Below are positions 18,036-25,781 of a stretch of 64,000 nucleotides of DNA, piece by piece. The DNA is taken from positions 25,519 through 89,518 of the forward strand of contig JALGZP010000001.1 in NCBI GenBank assembly GCA_025774845.1, written 5' to 3'. The stretch's first letter is position 1; each line of letters begins with the position of its first letter. A program made the translations under genes and the position numbers. Origin of the DNA: a bacterium. GTDB lineage: Bacteria > Arandabacterota > Arandabacteria > Arandabacterales > Arandabacteraceae. The notes below the pieces were generated by a model. It ran no database searches, was not told the DNA's origin, and saw nothing but the letters and a program-made list of their open reading frames with translations.

Positions 18036-18538
18036 AGATCTTCTGCGGGCTCATAGGCCGCGAGGAGTCTTTCGCACGGGCAACGAAGCTGCTCACCGGT
18101 CGGCTGGGCGACATCGATTGCGAGAGCCCGATCCTCCCCTTTGAATTCACCGACTACTACGCGGATGAGATGGGAGAGGGACTGCTCCGCAAGTGGATAG
18201 CTTTCCGGAACCTCCGCGAACGTGGGTTTCTCGCGCGGGCCAAGCACCTGGGGATCCATACCGAGCGGGATCTGGCTCAAGGCGGGAAGAGGACGATCAA
18301 CATCGATCCGGGTTACGTTGACGATGCCCAGGTGGTTCTTGCCACGGCCAAGAACTTCTCTCACCGTATCTACATAGGGATGGGATACTATGCCGAGGTA
18401 ACACTGATATATAAGGGTAAGGATTTCAGACCGGTGGAATGGACGTATCCCGATTATAAGAGCCCCGGGGGTCTTGAGTTTTTCAGGGAGGTAAGGAAGG
18501 CCTACCACACACAGGTGAGGTCGGACCGTGACTCCTGA
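17966..18538 (+). CDS. DUF4416 protein that partners the radical SAM protein
   Basis: KIFCGLIGREESFARATKLLTGRLGDIDCESPILPFEFTDYYADEMGEGLLRKWIAFRNL...INIDPGYV is the DUF4416 signature. Overlaps the radical-SAM ORF by 70 nt in a different frame, so the true start is uncertain. Confidence 0.65.
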   Translation: MAVSRGGCKRVAGTRGRTRPSQIKIFCGLIGREESFARATKLLTGRLGDIDCESPILPFEFTDYYADEMGEGLLRKWIAFRNLRERGFLARAKHLGIHTERDLAQGGKRTINIDPGYVDDAQVVLATAKNFSHRIYIGMGYYAEVTLIYKGKDFRPVEWTYPDYKSPGGLEFFREVRKAYHTQVRSDRDS

Positions 18539-19382
18539 GCGACGCGCGCCCGTTGTTGTTGCGTTTGCGATTGTGGTGGTCTCATTTGCGGCGATCCTCA
18601 TAAGACTGTGCACCGTGCCCACGGCTGTGATAGCGGCCTTCAGGCTTGCCTTTTCGTCACTCATCCTGCTGCCCTTCTTTGCGGGAAAGCGCAGAGGCCG
18701 CGGGATCACGAAGAGGCAGATGGGACTGTGTGCGGTATCGGGCATATTCCTCTCGCTGCATTTTCTACTCTGGATCGAATCGCTGAAGATCACCACGGTG
18801 GCAAGCTCGGTGGTTCTCGTGACGACGAGTCCCATTTTCGCCGCGATCTTCGCCTGGGTGGTGCTGAAGGAGGGGATAAGCCGGCGAACGCTCCTTGCAA
18901 CGGCCCTGTGTTTTCTCGGAAGTCTGACGATCGGCCGGGGAGATATCGATCTTGGTCCGGGGATGCTCAAGGGTGACCTCTTCGCCCTGGGCGGGGCGGC
19001 CGCGTTCGGGGCCTGCTTCGTAATCGGCCGGTCGCTTAGAAAGAGCCTGGGTTACATCGAGTATGCATTCATGACCTATACGGCGTCTGCTGTCATGCTG
19101 CTTGCGTGGATGACGTTCCGTGGGCATGGTTTCACGGGCTTCGAGCCCGTGAACTACCTCTGGTTCGCGCTCCTCGCACTCGGTCCCCAGGTTTTCGGTC
19201 ACACGTCGCTTAACTGGGCACTCAAGTATATTCCCGCCCCAAAGGTTGCGATCTCGGTCCTCGGTGAACCCGTGGGGTCCGCGCTCCTGGCGTGGCTCTT
19301 CTTCGCCGAAGTCCCGGGTTATACGCTTTTCATCGGCGGCGCCCTGATCCTCTACGGCGTCTACCTCGCCATGACCGACTAA
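18528..19382 (+). CDS. EamA/DMT-superfamily transporter
   Basis: 10 transmembrane helices forming two EamA-like halves. GTG start. Confidence 0.8.
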   Translation: MTPERRAPVVVAFAIVVVSFAAILIRLCTVPTAVIAAFRLAFSSLILLPFFAGKRRGRGITKRQMGLCAVSGIFLSLHFLLWIESLKITTVASSVVLVTTSPIFAAIFAWVVLKEGISRRTLLATALCFLGSLTIGRGDIDLGPGMLKGDLFALGGAAAFGACFVIGRSLRKSLGYIEYAFMTYTASAVMLLAWMTFRGHGFTGFEPVNYLWFALLALGPQVFGHTSLNWALKYIPAPKVAISVLGEPVGSALLAWLFFAEVPGYTLFIGGALILYGVYLAMTD

Positions 19383-19399
19383 CCCCCCAAAAACCCCCC

Positions 19400-19523
19400 G
19401 GGGTCAGAGCTCGAAATTTGCGCCGTGGGCTAAATCCACTTAATTCCTGCGTTCTGACCCTCTGTCGCGCAAATTTCGAGCTCTGACCCCACGAGGATTG
19501 CGCAAATTTCGAGCTCTGACCCC
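19400..19523. repeat. Cluster of REP-like 24-bp repeats: one copy GGGGTCAGAGCTCGAAATTTGCGC at 19400-19423, and two inverted tandem copies at 19467-19490 and 19500-19523
   Basis: Exact 24-mer matches. The first and second copies can form a 24-bp stem. The same family recurs at 29700, 39141, 39184, 40739 and, in degenerate form, 40822. Confidence 0.85.
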
Positions 19524-19536
19524 ACGGGGAATGTGG

Positions 19537-19565
19537 TTGAAACAGGCGTAGATTAGGTGTATAAT
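19537..19565 (+). promoter_or_regulatory. Sigma70-like promoter TTGAAA-17 nt-TATAAT
   Basis: -35 TTGAAA at 19537-42, 17-nt spacer with TG directly preceding the -10, -10 TATAAT at 19560-65. About 40 nt upstream of ATG 19607 (AAGGAGG ribosome-binding site at 19593-99). Confidence 0.45.
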
Positions 19566-19606
19566 GGGACTCGTTGAAGTGTGTTCGACCTCAAGGAGGT
19601 GTCTTT

Positions 19607-21022
19607 ATGAAGCGAGTGTTATTGATTGGTTTGATCTGTTGCATGTTCCCCGTTGCTGCATACGCGACACCTTATGTCCCACCTGAAGAGGGCATGAGAA
19701 TCGAGTCGCGTGAGGATGACTTCATACTCAGAACAGGTGCTCCGCAGCCACGCCCGTTTGACTATGAGTACGACCCGCTGGCCAGGCTTCTGTTGTGTGC
19801 GGACTTCATAGTAACTATGCAGGTGAGCGATACGCTGTTGGCGACCTATGGCGGGATGAGGGAAGGCGAGCACATGCTCGGTGTGATTCAGACCGACAAC
19901 ACAAGCGAGTCGATATGGCTCTGGTCCCGCTGCTACGACAGAAGTGGTGTGGATACCTACCACGACAACATCGATGCCGCCTGGGAATACTGTATGAACT
20001 TTCCTGCATATGCTGAGGAGGGTGGAGACGACCGGGTGACAGGATACTACAGGGTGTATAACTGCGGTTGGGCGCTGCGGGCCGAGATGGAATACCGGCG
20101 GGTATATGGCGATACCACCTATTCGGCTTACGCCGATTCGTGCGCGTCCTACCTTTGCCACAATCCGATGTACCTCTATGTCCCCGTCGGCATGTATAAG
20201 AGACTCAACGGCATGATAATGGGTTGGGCCATCGGGAACCTCTATGACTACGGTGTCGATGTCGGTAACGCGACCTACATGGCCAAAGCGCTTGATTACG
20301 CAGACTCGGTCAAGACATGGGCCGAGATCAACCCGAACAAGTTCCACTGGAAGGAATGGGCCATGGGGGGTGGGGCCGTGATGTGGGGTCTGGTCAACTC
20401 CCATTTCAAGGACGATCCGACGGGAGTTGAAACCTGGCTTGAGACCTACGTTCCTTATCTCGATACGGAAGTCGATTCGTCACAGTACCAGAATGCCTGG
20501 CGCGGATGGGCGGCACTCGGCCACAGTTCGGCGATCGAGATAGTGGCCAGCGATATCTGGTGCGCCAATTTCAAGCACCTGGCCGACACGCTCGTGCTGA
20601 ACGACGGCGACTTGGACGGGGGGATCCCCGTAACCGATCCGGAACCCGATGACCAGGATCAGTCCTGGGTGACGAATTACCTTGGCTTCATGTGTATGGA
20701 CAAACTTATCGAGAATGCCGGTATGGCCACGCGTGGCACGAATTACGAACCCACACTCGAAGTGTCCGTGGTACCCATGCCATCTGGGGAGCTTCCCAAT
20801 CTGATGTTCAGGCTGGCCGAGCCATCACGGGTATCGTTTACGGTCTATGACGTTGCAGGACGGAGTGTCTCAAGCAGGGATGCTGGAATCCTCAGACAGG
20901 GATTCCACTCAATCGATCTGAACGAGGGGCTCGCCGGTGGCGAGGTCTCTCCGGGGATCTACTTCTATAACCTGCATCACGGGACAGGGCTTGCCAACGG
21001 CAAGGTCGTTGTGCTAAGGTAG
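19607..21022 (+). CDS. Secreted protein of unknown function with a T9SS-type CTD
   Basis: Signal peptide MKRVLLIGLICCMFPVAAYA. C-terminal CTD reads VSFTVYDVAGRSV...GIYFYNLHHGTGLANGKVVVLR. Confidence 0.7.
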   Translation: MKRVLLIGLICCMFPVAAYATPYVPPEEGMRIESREDDFILRTGAPQPRPFDYEYDPLARLLLCADFIVTMQVSDTLLATYGGMREGEHMLGVIQTDNTSESIWLWSRCYDRSGVDTYHDNIDAAWEYCMNFPAYAEEGGDDRVTGYYRVYNCGWALRAEMEYRRVYGDTTYSAYADSCASYLCHNPMYLYVPVGMYKRLNGMIMGWAIGNLYDYGVDVGNATYMAKALDYADSVKTWAEINPNKFHWKEWAMGGGAVMWGLVNSHFKDDPTGVETWLETYVPYLDTEVDSSQYQNAWRGWAALGHSSAIEIVASDIWCANFKHLADTLVLNDGDLDGGIPVTDPEPDDQDQSWVTNYLGFMCMDKLIENAGMATRGTNYEPTLEVSVVPMPSGELPNLMFRLAEPSRVSFTVYDVAGRSVSSRDAGILRQGFHSIDLNEGLAGGEVSPGIYFYNLHHGTGLANGKVVVLR

Positions 21023-21241
21023 AACCTGCACCGGGCGCAGGATGTGATACAGGCGGTGTGACCCTGCGGCTCCCGGTATGGAAGCCGAATTGAGTGGAGC
21101 CAGCTGATTTGGTAGACTCATTAGTGGTCTGTACAGGTGGCCCGACCCTGTCACGATCTGAAACCTTCCAAGCAACTCCCCTTATGCCGGAGGTGATGCT
21201 CCATAGAGAATAAGAGCGGAGCGGCCCTTCTCGTCGTAGAC

Positions 21242-21730
21242 ATGCTCAACGACTTCGTGCTGCCCGGGGCCCCGCTCGAAATCCCGCTTGCCCGGGTCAT
21301 CATCCCGGCTGTCCGCACAAGAATAGAAAGAGCCAGACAGGAGGGTATCCCGGTGATCTACCTTTGCGATGCCCACGCAGAGGATGACAGGGAGTTTGAG
21401 ATCTGGCCGAGACACGCAGTCAGCGGTACGGAGGGAAGCAAGGTAGTAAAGGAGCTTGCTCCCCGTCCCGACGACATAGTGCTTGCCAAAACCACGTATT
21501 CAGCTTTTTATAAGACACAGCTTGAGGATACTCTTAAGCGTATGAAGATAGAGAGGCTGACAATAGTCGGCGTTGTCACCAATATATGCGTCTTCTTCAC
21601 GGCTGCCGATGCCGTGATGCGAGGATACGACGTGGAGGTTCCACGGGACGGTGTTGCGGCCCTAAGTCCGGACGAAAACGAGTTCGCACTCAACCAGATG
21701 GCCAGTGTTCTCAAGGTGAGGCTCACATGA
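21242..21730 (+). CDS. pncA: Nicotinamidase / isochorismatase-family hydrolase; the N-terminus is unresolved (see findings)
   Basis: Cysteine-hydrolase fold motifs (IPVIYLCDAH..., LTIVGVVTNICV). The conserved ALLVVD strand with the catalytic Asp lies just upstream of the first ATG, in a frame that has no canonical start codon. Confidence 0.6.
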   Translation: MLNDFVLPGAPLEIPLARVIIPAVRTRIERARQEGIPVIYLCDAHAEDDREFEIWPRHAVSGTEGSKVVKELAPRPDDIVLAKTTYSAFYKTQLEDTLKRMKIERLTIVGVVTNICVFFTAADAVMRGYDVEVPRDGVAALSPDENEFALNQMASVLKVRLT

Positions 21731-22917
21731 AGAAGCAGTCTTTTCATATCGCGAGCGAGCGGGAAATAAAGCGCGGGCGTACAACCGACGTCTACTTCAG
21801 CAGGACGGTCGAGATACTCAAGCGGTCGAAGTCCTCCAGACGGGTAAAGGCGGAGTTTACGGCAAAGAGCCTGCCCCCCGAATACGGTTGGGCTATCCTG
21901 GCCGGTCTTGAGGAATGCCTGACCCTCCTCGAAGGGCTCGATATCGATCTCAGGGCGGTTGATGAGGGGACCGTAATAAGACCCGACGAACCTGTGATGA
22001 CGATAGAGGGCAACTACATCGATTTCGGAGTCTTCGAGACCCCGCTGCTTGGTTTTCTGTGCCAGGCTTCAGGTGTTGCCACGAAGGCGGCACGGCTGAG
22101 AATCGCAGCGGGTGAGCATATGCTTATAAGTTTCGGCGCCCGGCGGATGCACCCGGCCGTGTCACCAATGATTGAGCGGAATGCGTTTGTGGGTGGTTGT
22201 GACGGCGTCGCAACGGTCAAGGCAGGTGAGATGCTGGGGATCGAGCCATCGGGTACGATACCACACTCACTTGTTATCCTGAGTGGCGGGATCGATGACG
22301 CGCTTGCCGGCTTCGACAAGTATATGGCCAAGGGTATTAAGCGAATCGCTCTCGTAGACACATTCGGAGATGAGAAGTTCGAAGCACTGGCCGCATGCGA
22401 TACGCTGGGGCGTGGGCTTTACGGCGTCAGGCTGGATACACCACGGTCGAGACGGGGTGATATGTACGATATCGTCAGGGAACTCAGGTGGGAACTTGAT
22501 CTTCGGGGCTACTCGCATGTCAAGATTCTCGTAAGCGGCGGACTGGACGAGGCAGAGATCGAGGATCTCTGTGAGGTGGTCGATGGTTTCGGTGTCGGCA
22601 CATGCTTGAGTAATGCACATGTGATTGACTTTGCAATGGACATCGTTGAGGTCGACGGGGAGCCCCGTGCCAAGAGGGGTAAGATGAGCGGTGAGAAGAA
22701 GCTCCTGAGATGCGCAGTGTGTCACAGCGATTTCGTCATACCGGCCGGGAGCAGCGGACGCACGGAGTGCGAATGTGGGGGAAAGGTTGAGAACCTGAGT
22801 CGCAACTATATCAAGGCCGGCCGGATCATGAGGAAACTGCCGGCACCCGGGGACATAAGAAGACGTGTGCTCAAGAACCTGAGATGGCTTGACGGGAGGA
22901 CCGAGTGTCCAGACTGA
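21727..22917 (+). CDS. pncB: Nicotinate phosphoribosyltransferase (archaeal-like type) with a C-terminal Cys4 zinc-ribbon extension
   Basis: IDFGVFETPLLGFLCQASGVATKAARLRIAAG...HSLVILSGGIDDALAGF...RLDTP. The ATG overlaps the pncA stop codon (ATGA). The C-terminus carries CAVCHSD...CECGG. Confidence 0.8.
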   Translation: MKKQSFHIASEREIKRGRTTDVYFSRTVEILKRSKSSRRVKAEFTAKSLPPEYGWAILAGLEECLTLLEGLDIDLRAVDEGTVIRPDEPVMTIEGNYIDFGVFETPLLGFLCQASGVATKAARLRIAAGEHMLISFGARRMHPAVSPMIERNAFVGGCDGVATVKAGEMLGIEPSGTIPHSLVILSGGIDDALAGFDKYMAKGIKRIALVDTFGDEKFEALAACDTLGRGLYGVRLDTPRSRRGDMYDIVRELRWELDLRGYSHVKILVSGGLDEAEIEDLCEVVDGFGVGTCLSNAHVIDFAMDIVEVDGEPRAKRGKMSGEKKLLRCAVCHSDFVIPAGSSGRTECECGGKVENLSRNYIKAGRIMRKLPAPGDIRRRVLKNLRWLDGRTECPD

Positions 22918-23921
22918 GACAGGATCTTGCAACAAGGACCTGGAGCATAATCGCGAAGGAACGCGGGAAGCGCCCGGACGACTTCGCCAAGACAAAAGCG
23001 AAGGAGAAGCCAAAGCCATCATATGATGCGAAGTGTCCCTTTTGCCGCGGCAACGAGGATAAGACCCCCGAGGCGGTGTTCTCGATTCCTGCTCCCGGGG
23101 CAGGTAATGACAAGGACTGGGTCGTACGGGTCGTACCCAACAAGTTTGCGGCGCTTGCTCCTCCGGAGCCTGGGACGGACACCGGAAGGGAGAAGACGGG
23201 TATCTATCTTGAGATGGGCGGATGCGGTGCGCATGAGGTCGTGATCGAGGTTCCGGACCACTCCCAGACGATCGCAACCATGAGCGAGGAAGAAGTTGCA
23301 AGGATCGTCCACACGTATAGAGAGAGATTCCTCGAGTTGGACCGGTCCGACTGGAACCAGCTGATCATAATCTTCCGAAACCAGGGGAAAGAGGCAGGCA
23401 CGTCGCTTGAACATCCGCACTCGCAGATAATCGGTACCCCGGTCGTTCCTCAGGAGATCAGACGCAGGCTCGAGGAGGCACAGAGGTATTACGACGATCA
23501 CGGTACCTGTGTCCACTGTGACATACTCCACCATGAGCTGGCCGAAAAGACGAGGCTGGTCTGCTCCAACGCGGGGTTCGTTGCCCTGTGCCCATTCGCA
23601 TCCACGGTACCTTATGAGACATGGATCCTGCCGCGACGACATGCGTCGTCATTCGGTGTCCTGACGGAGGAGGGTGCCGATCTGCTCGCCAAGCTGTTAA
23701 GAGAGACTCTCTTGAGATTGCATCACCTGCTGGGTAATCCAGACTATAACTACGTCGTGCGATCGGCCCCTCACCACTCGGCCGGCGAGCCGCACTTCCA
23801 CTGGTATATCGAGATTCTACCCAGACTTACCACGCGTGCCGGTTTTGAGATCGGTAGCGGTATGAACATAAACATAGTCGCCCCTGAAGACGCTGCCGCT
23901 CAGCTTAGAGAGGCACTCTGA
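22905..23921 (+). CDS. GalT-like HIT-family nucleotidyltransferase (galactose-1-phosphate uridylyltransferase / ADP-glucose phosphorylase family)
   Basis: Zinc-site motif CPFCRGNE and the HPHSQ active-site motif in a GalT-like arrangement. Confidence 0.65.
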   Translation: MSRLRQDLATRTWSIIAKERGKRPDDFAKTKAKEKPKPSYDAKCPFCRGNEDKTPEAVFSIPAPGAGNDKDWVVRVVPNKFAALAPPEPGTDTGREKTGIYLEMGGCGAHEVVIEVPDHSQTIATMSEEEVARIVHTYRERFLELDRSDWNQLIIIFRNQGKEAGTSLEHPHSQIIGTPVVPQEIRRRLEEAQRYYDDHGTCVHCDILHHELAEKTRLVCSNAGFVALCPFASTVPYETWILPRRHASSFGVLTEEGADLLAKLLRETLLRLHHLLGNPDYNYVVRSAPHHSAGEPHFHWYIEILPRLTTRAGFEIGSGMNINIVAPEDAAAQLREAL

Positions 23922-23922
23922 A

Positions 23923-24585
23923 ATGAACCAGGGAAACCGTGAGGCGAAGCGGAGCCAGATGGTGGAGCACCAGATACAGTCACGTGGTGTTCAGGACCGG
24001 CTCGTTCTCGATGCCATGAGAAAGGTCCCGAGGCATCTGTTTGTGCCGGACGAGCGAGTGGACTCCGCCTACGCGGACAGGCCCCTTCCGATAGGTTGCG
24101 GTCAAACGATCTCGCAACCCTATATGGTGGCGGTGATGACTGAGGCCCTTGCCCTTGAAGGACATGAGAATGTGCTTGAAATAGGCACTGGCTCAGGCTA
24201 CCAGGCTGCGATACTCGCAGAGATTGCGGATCATGTCGTATCGCTTGAGCGACAGCCCGACCTTGCAGGTGCGGCGGCGGAGACCCTGAAGGACCTGGGT
24301 TACGTCAACGTTGAGATCCTGGTCGGTGACGGATCGAAAGGATATCCTGAGAGAGCTCCCTATGACGGTATCGTCGTCACGGCCGGGGCGCCGGACATGC
24401 CGCATGTTCTGATCGAGCAGCTTGCCGATGGAGGGAGGCTCGTGATCCCGGTCGGCAACAGTTTCCACCAGACATTGACGAGGGTGACGCGAAGGGGCGA
24501 TGCCCGCGAGATTGAAAAACTGGAGGGATGCGTGTTTGTCCCTCTTATAGGTGAATACGGATGGAAAGAGAGCGAGGTCGAGTAG
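23923..24585 (+). CDS. pcm: Protein-L-isoaspartate O-methyltransferase
   Basis: GQTISQPYMVAVMTEAL...VLEIGTGSGYQAAILAEIA...DGGRLVIPVG. Confidence 0.9.
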   Translation: MNQGNREAKRSQMVEHQIQSRGVQDRLVLDAMRKVPRHLFVPDERVDSAYADRPLPIGCGQTISQPYMVAVMTEALALEGHENVLEIGTGSGYQAAILAEIADHVVSLERQPDLAGAAAETLKDLGYVNVEILVGDGSKGYPERAPYDGIVVTAGAPDMPHVLIEQLADGGRLVIPVGNSFHQTLTRVTRRGDAREIEKLEGCVFVPLIGEYGWKESEVE

Positions 24586-24607
24586 CGGCAGGAGGGAATT
24601 TCCGCAG

Positions 24608-25723
24608 ATGATAAACCGCAAGCAGATAATCGACTTGCTTCACTTCAGGTCCGGCTCGCATCAGGTGCTGAGCTTTTACATGGGGATCGGTGTTTACAAG
24701 GCCCAGCGCAAGGCCTACGAGATCGAGGCGAAGGATATAATGAAGAAGGCGGTCGCCGAAGCCGGTCTATCGGGGGAAGAGCGGGAACATGTGGAGGAGG
24801 ATGTCCACCGGATCCAGAACTTCCTCACGATGGATTTCAAAGGGCGGGCAAAGGGTCTTGCGATATTCGCCTCAAAGCCTGCAGGGCTCTGGCAGGTCTT
24901 CAGGCTCCCGGTGACCGTACCCGACAGATGTGTCGTCGATCAGATGCCTTTTGTCCTGCCTGTTCTCAAGATTGTCGATGAAGGCCGGCGCTACTGTGTG
25001 GTTATCGCCGATAAGGAAAAGGCACGGTTGTTCACGGTCTACCTGGGAGAGATACTTGAGAGGGAGGACATACTCGACGATGTTCCCGGGTGGCACAAGC
25101 AGGGGGGGCTGGCACAGGCAAGGTTCCAGAGGCATATCGAGGATCATGTCAACAGGCACCTCAAGCATGTGGCGGATACCATGTTCGGGTTCTACAAGGC
25201 CGAGGGTTTCGGTCATGTGATCATAGGGGGCTCGCAGGAAGTGCGGACACGGCTCAACCGTGTCCTGCATTCGTACCTCCAGAGCATAGTGGCAGGCTAC
25301 ATATCCGCCGATGTGACATCGAACATAAATGATATTACAGACGCCGCGAGAAAGATCGAACAGGAGACCGAAGAGCGAAAGGCCAAAGAAATAGCAGAGA
25401 GACTGCTTGCACGGTCGGGCCGGGGCGATATGACGGTGACGGGCCTTAAGAACACTGTTGCCGCGCTCCAGGAGGGACGGGTCCATACGCTTGTGCTGGT
25501 TGACAACTTCGAGATCGGCGGTTGTCTATGCGGTGACTGTGGCAGTGTTGAGGTAATGGGATCCAAGGATTGCGCGTACTGTAAAAAGAAGCTGAGCAAG
25601 ATCGGTGATGTCTCAGAACACCTTGCGGTGCTGGCCGTCGAGCATGATGCTGAGGTAAAATACGTACAACCCAAGTCCGGCCTTGAAGAGGTTGACGGTG
25701 TCGGTGCCATCTTAAGATGGTAA
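24608..25723 (+). CDS. eRF1/Pelota-fold (bacterial baeRF-like) protein with a C-terminal Cys4 zinc ribbon
   Basis: [29 protein letters not shown] aligns with the eRF1 GGQ-loop region [42 protein letters not shown] aligns with the eRF1 segment LVLAGSADFKTEL. The C-terminus carries CLCGDCG...CAYCKKK. Confidence 0.6.
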   Translation: [371 protein letters not shown]

Positions 25724-25781
25724 GATAAAGGGGTGGGAACACGGGCCGGGTGATTCGATGAGAGAGGAGGGTGGCGCTAAG

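Noticed and set aside
18026-18970. 314-aa minus-strand ORF
   Set aside because: It is antisense to the DUF4416 and EamA genes, both of which have recognisable homology. Its composition is low-complexity (Ala/Arg/Pro-rich), typical of antisense ORFs in high-GC DNA.
19400-19523. Possible CRISPR array
   Set aside because: There are only 2-3 repeat copies per locus, the copies are in inverted as well as direct orientation, spacers are irregular or absent, and no cas genes are present. It is better explained as a REP-like repeat family.
19619-20404. 261-aa minus-strand ORF
   Set aside because: It is antisense to the CTD-bearing secreted protein gene, with no domain and a His/Pro/Val-biased composition.
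21586-21726. N-terminal 47 codons of ORF 21586-22917
   Set aside because: They overlap the pncA 3' end in another frame and are Arg/Cys/Gly-rich. pncB starts at ATG 21727, where ATGA overlaps the pncA stop.
22267-23301. 344-aa minus-strand ORF
   Set aside because: It is antisense to pncB and the GalT-like gene and has a Ser/Pro/Arg-rich, non-protein-like sequence.
25200-25215. GGSQ motif as a Vms1-like catalytic GSQ
   Set aside because: Alignment to eRF1 places IGGSQEV at the non-catalytic LAGSADF segment. The true GGQ-loop equivalent is QGGLAQ at about residues 191-196.
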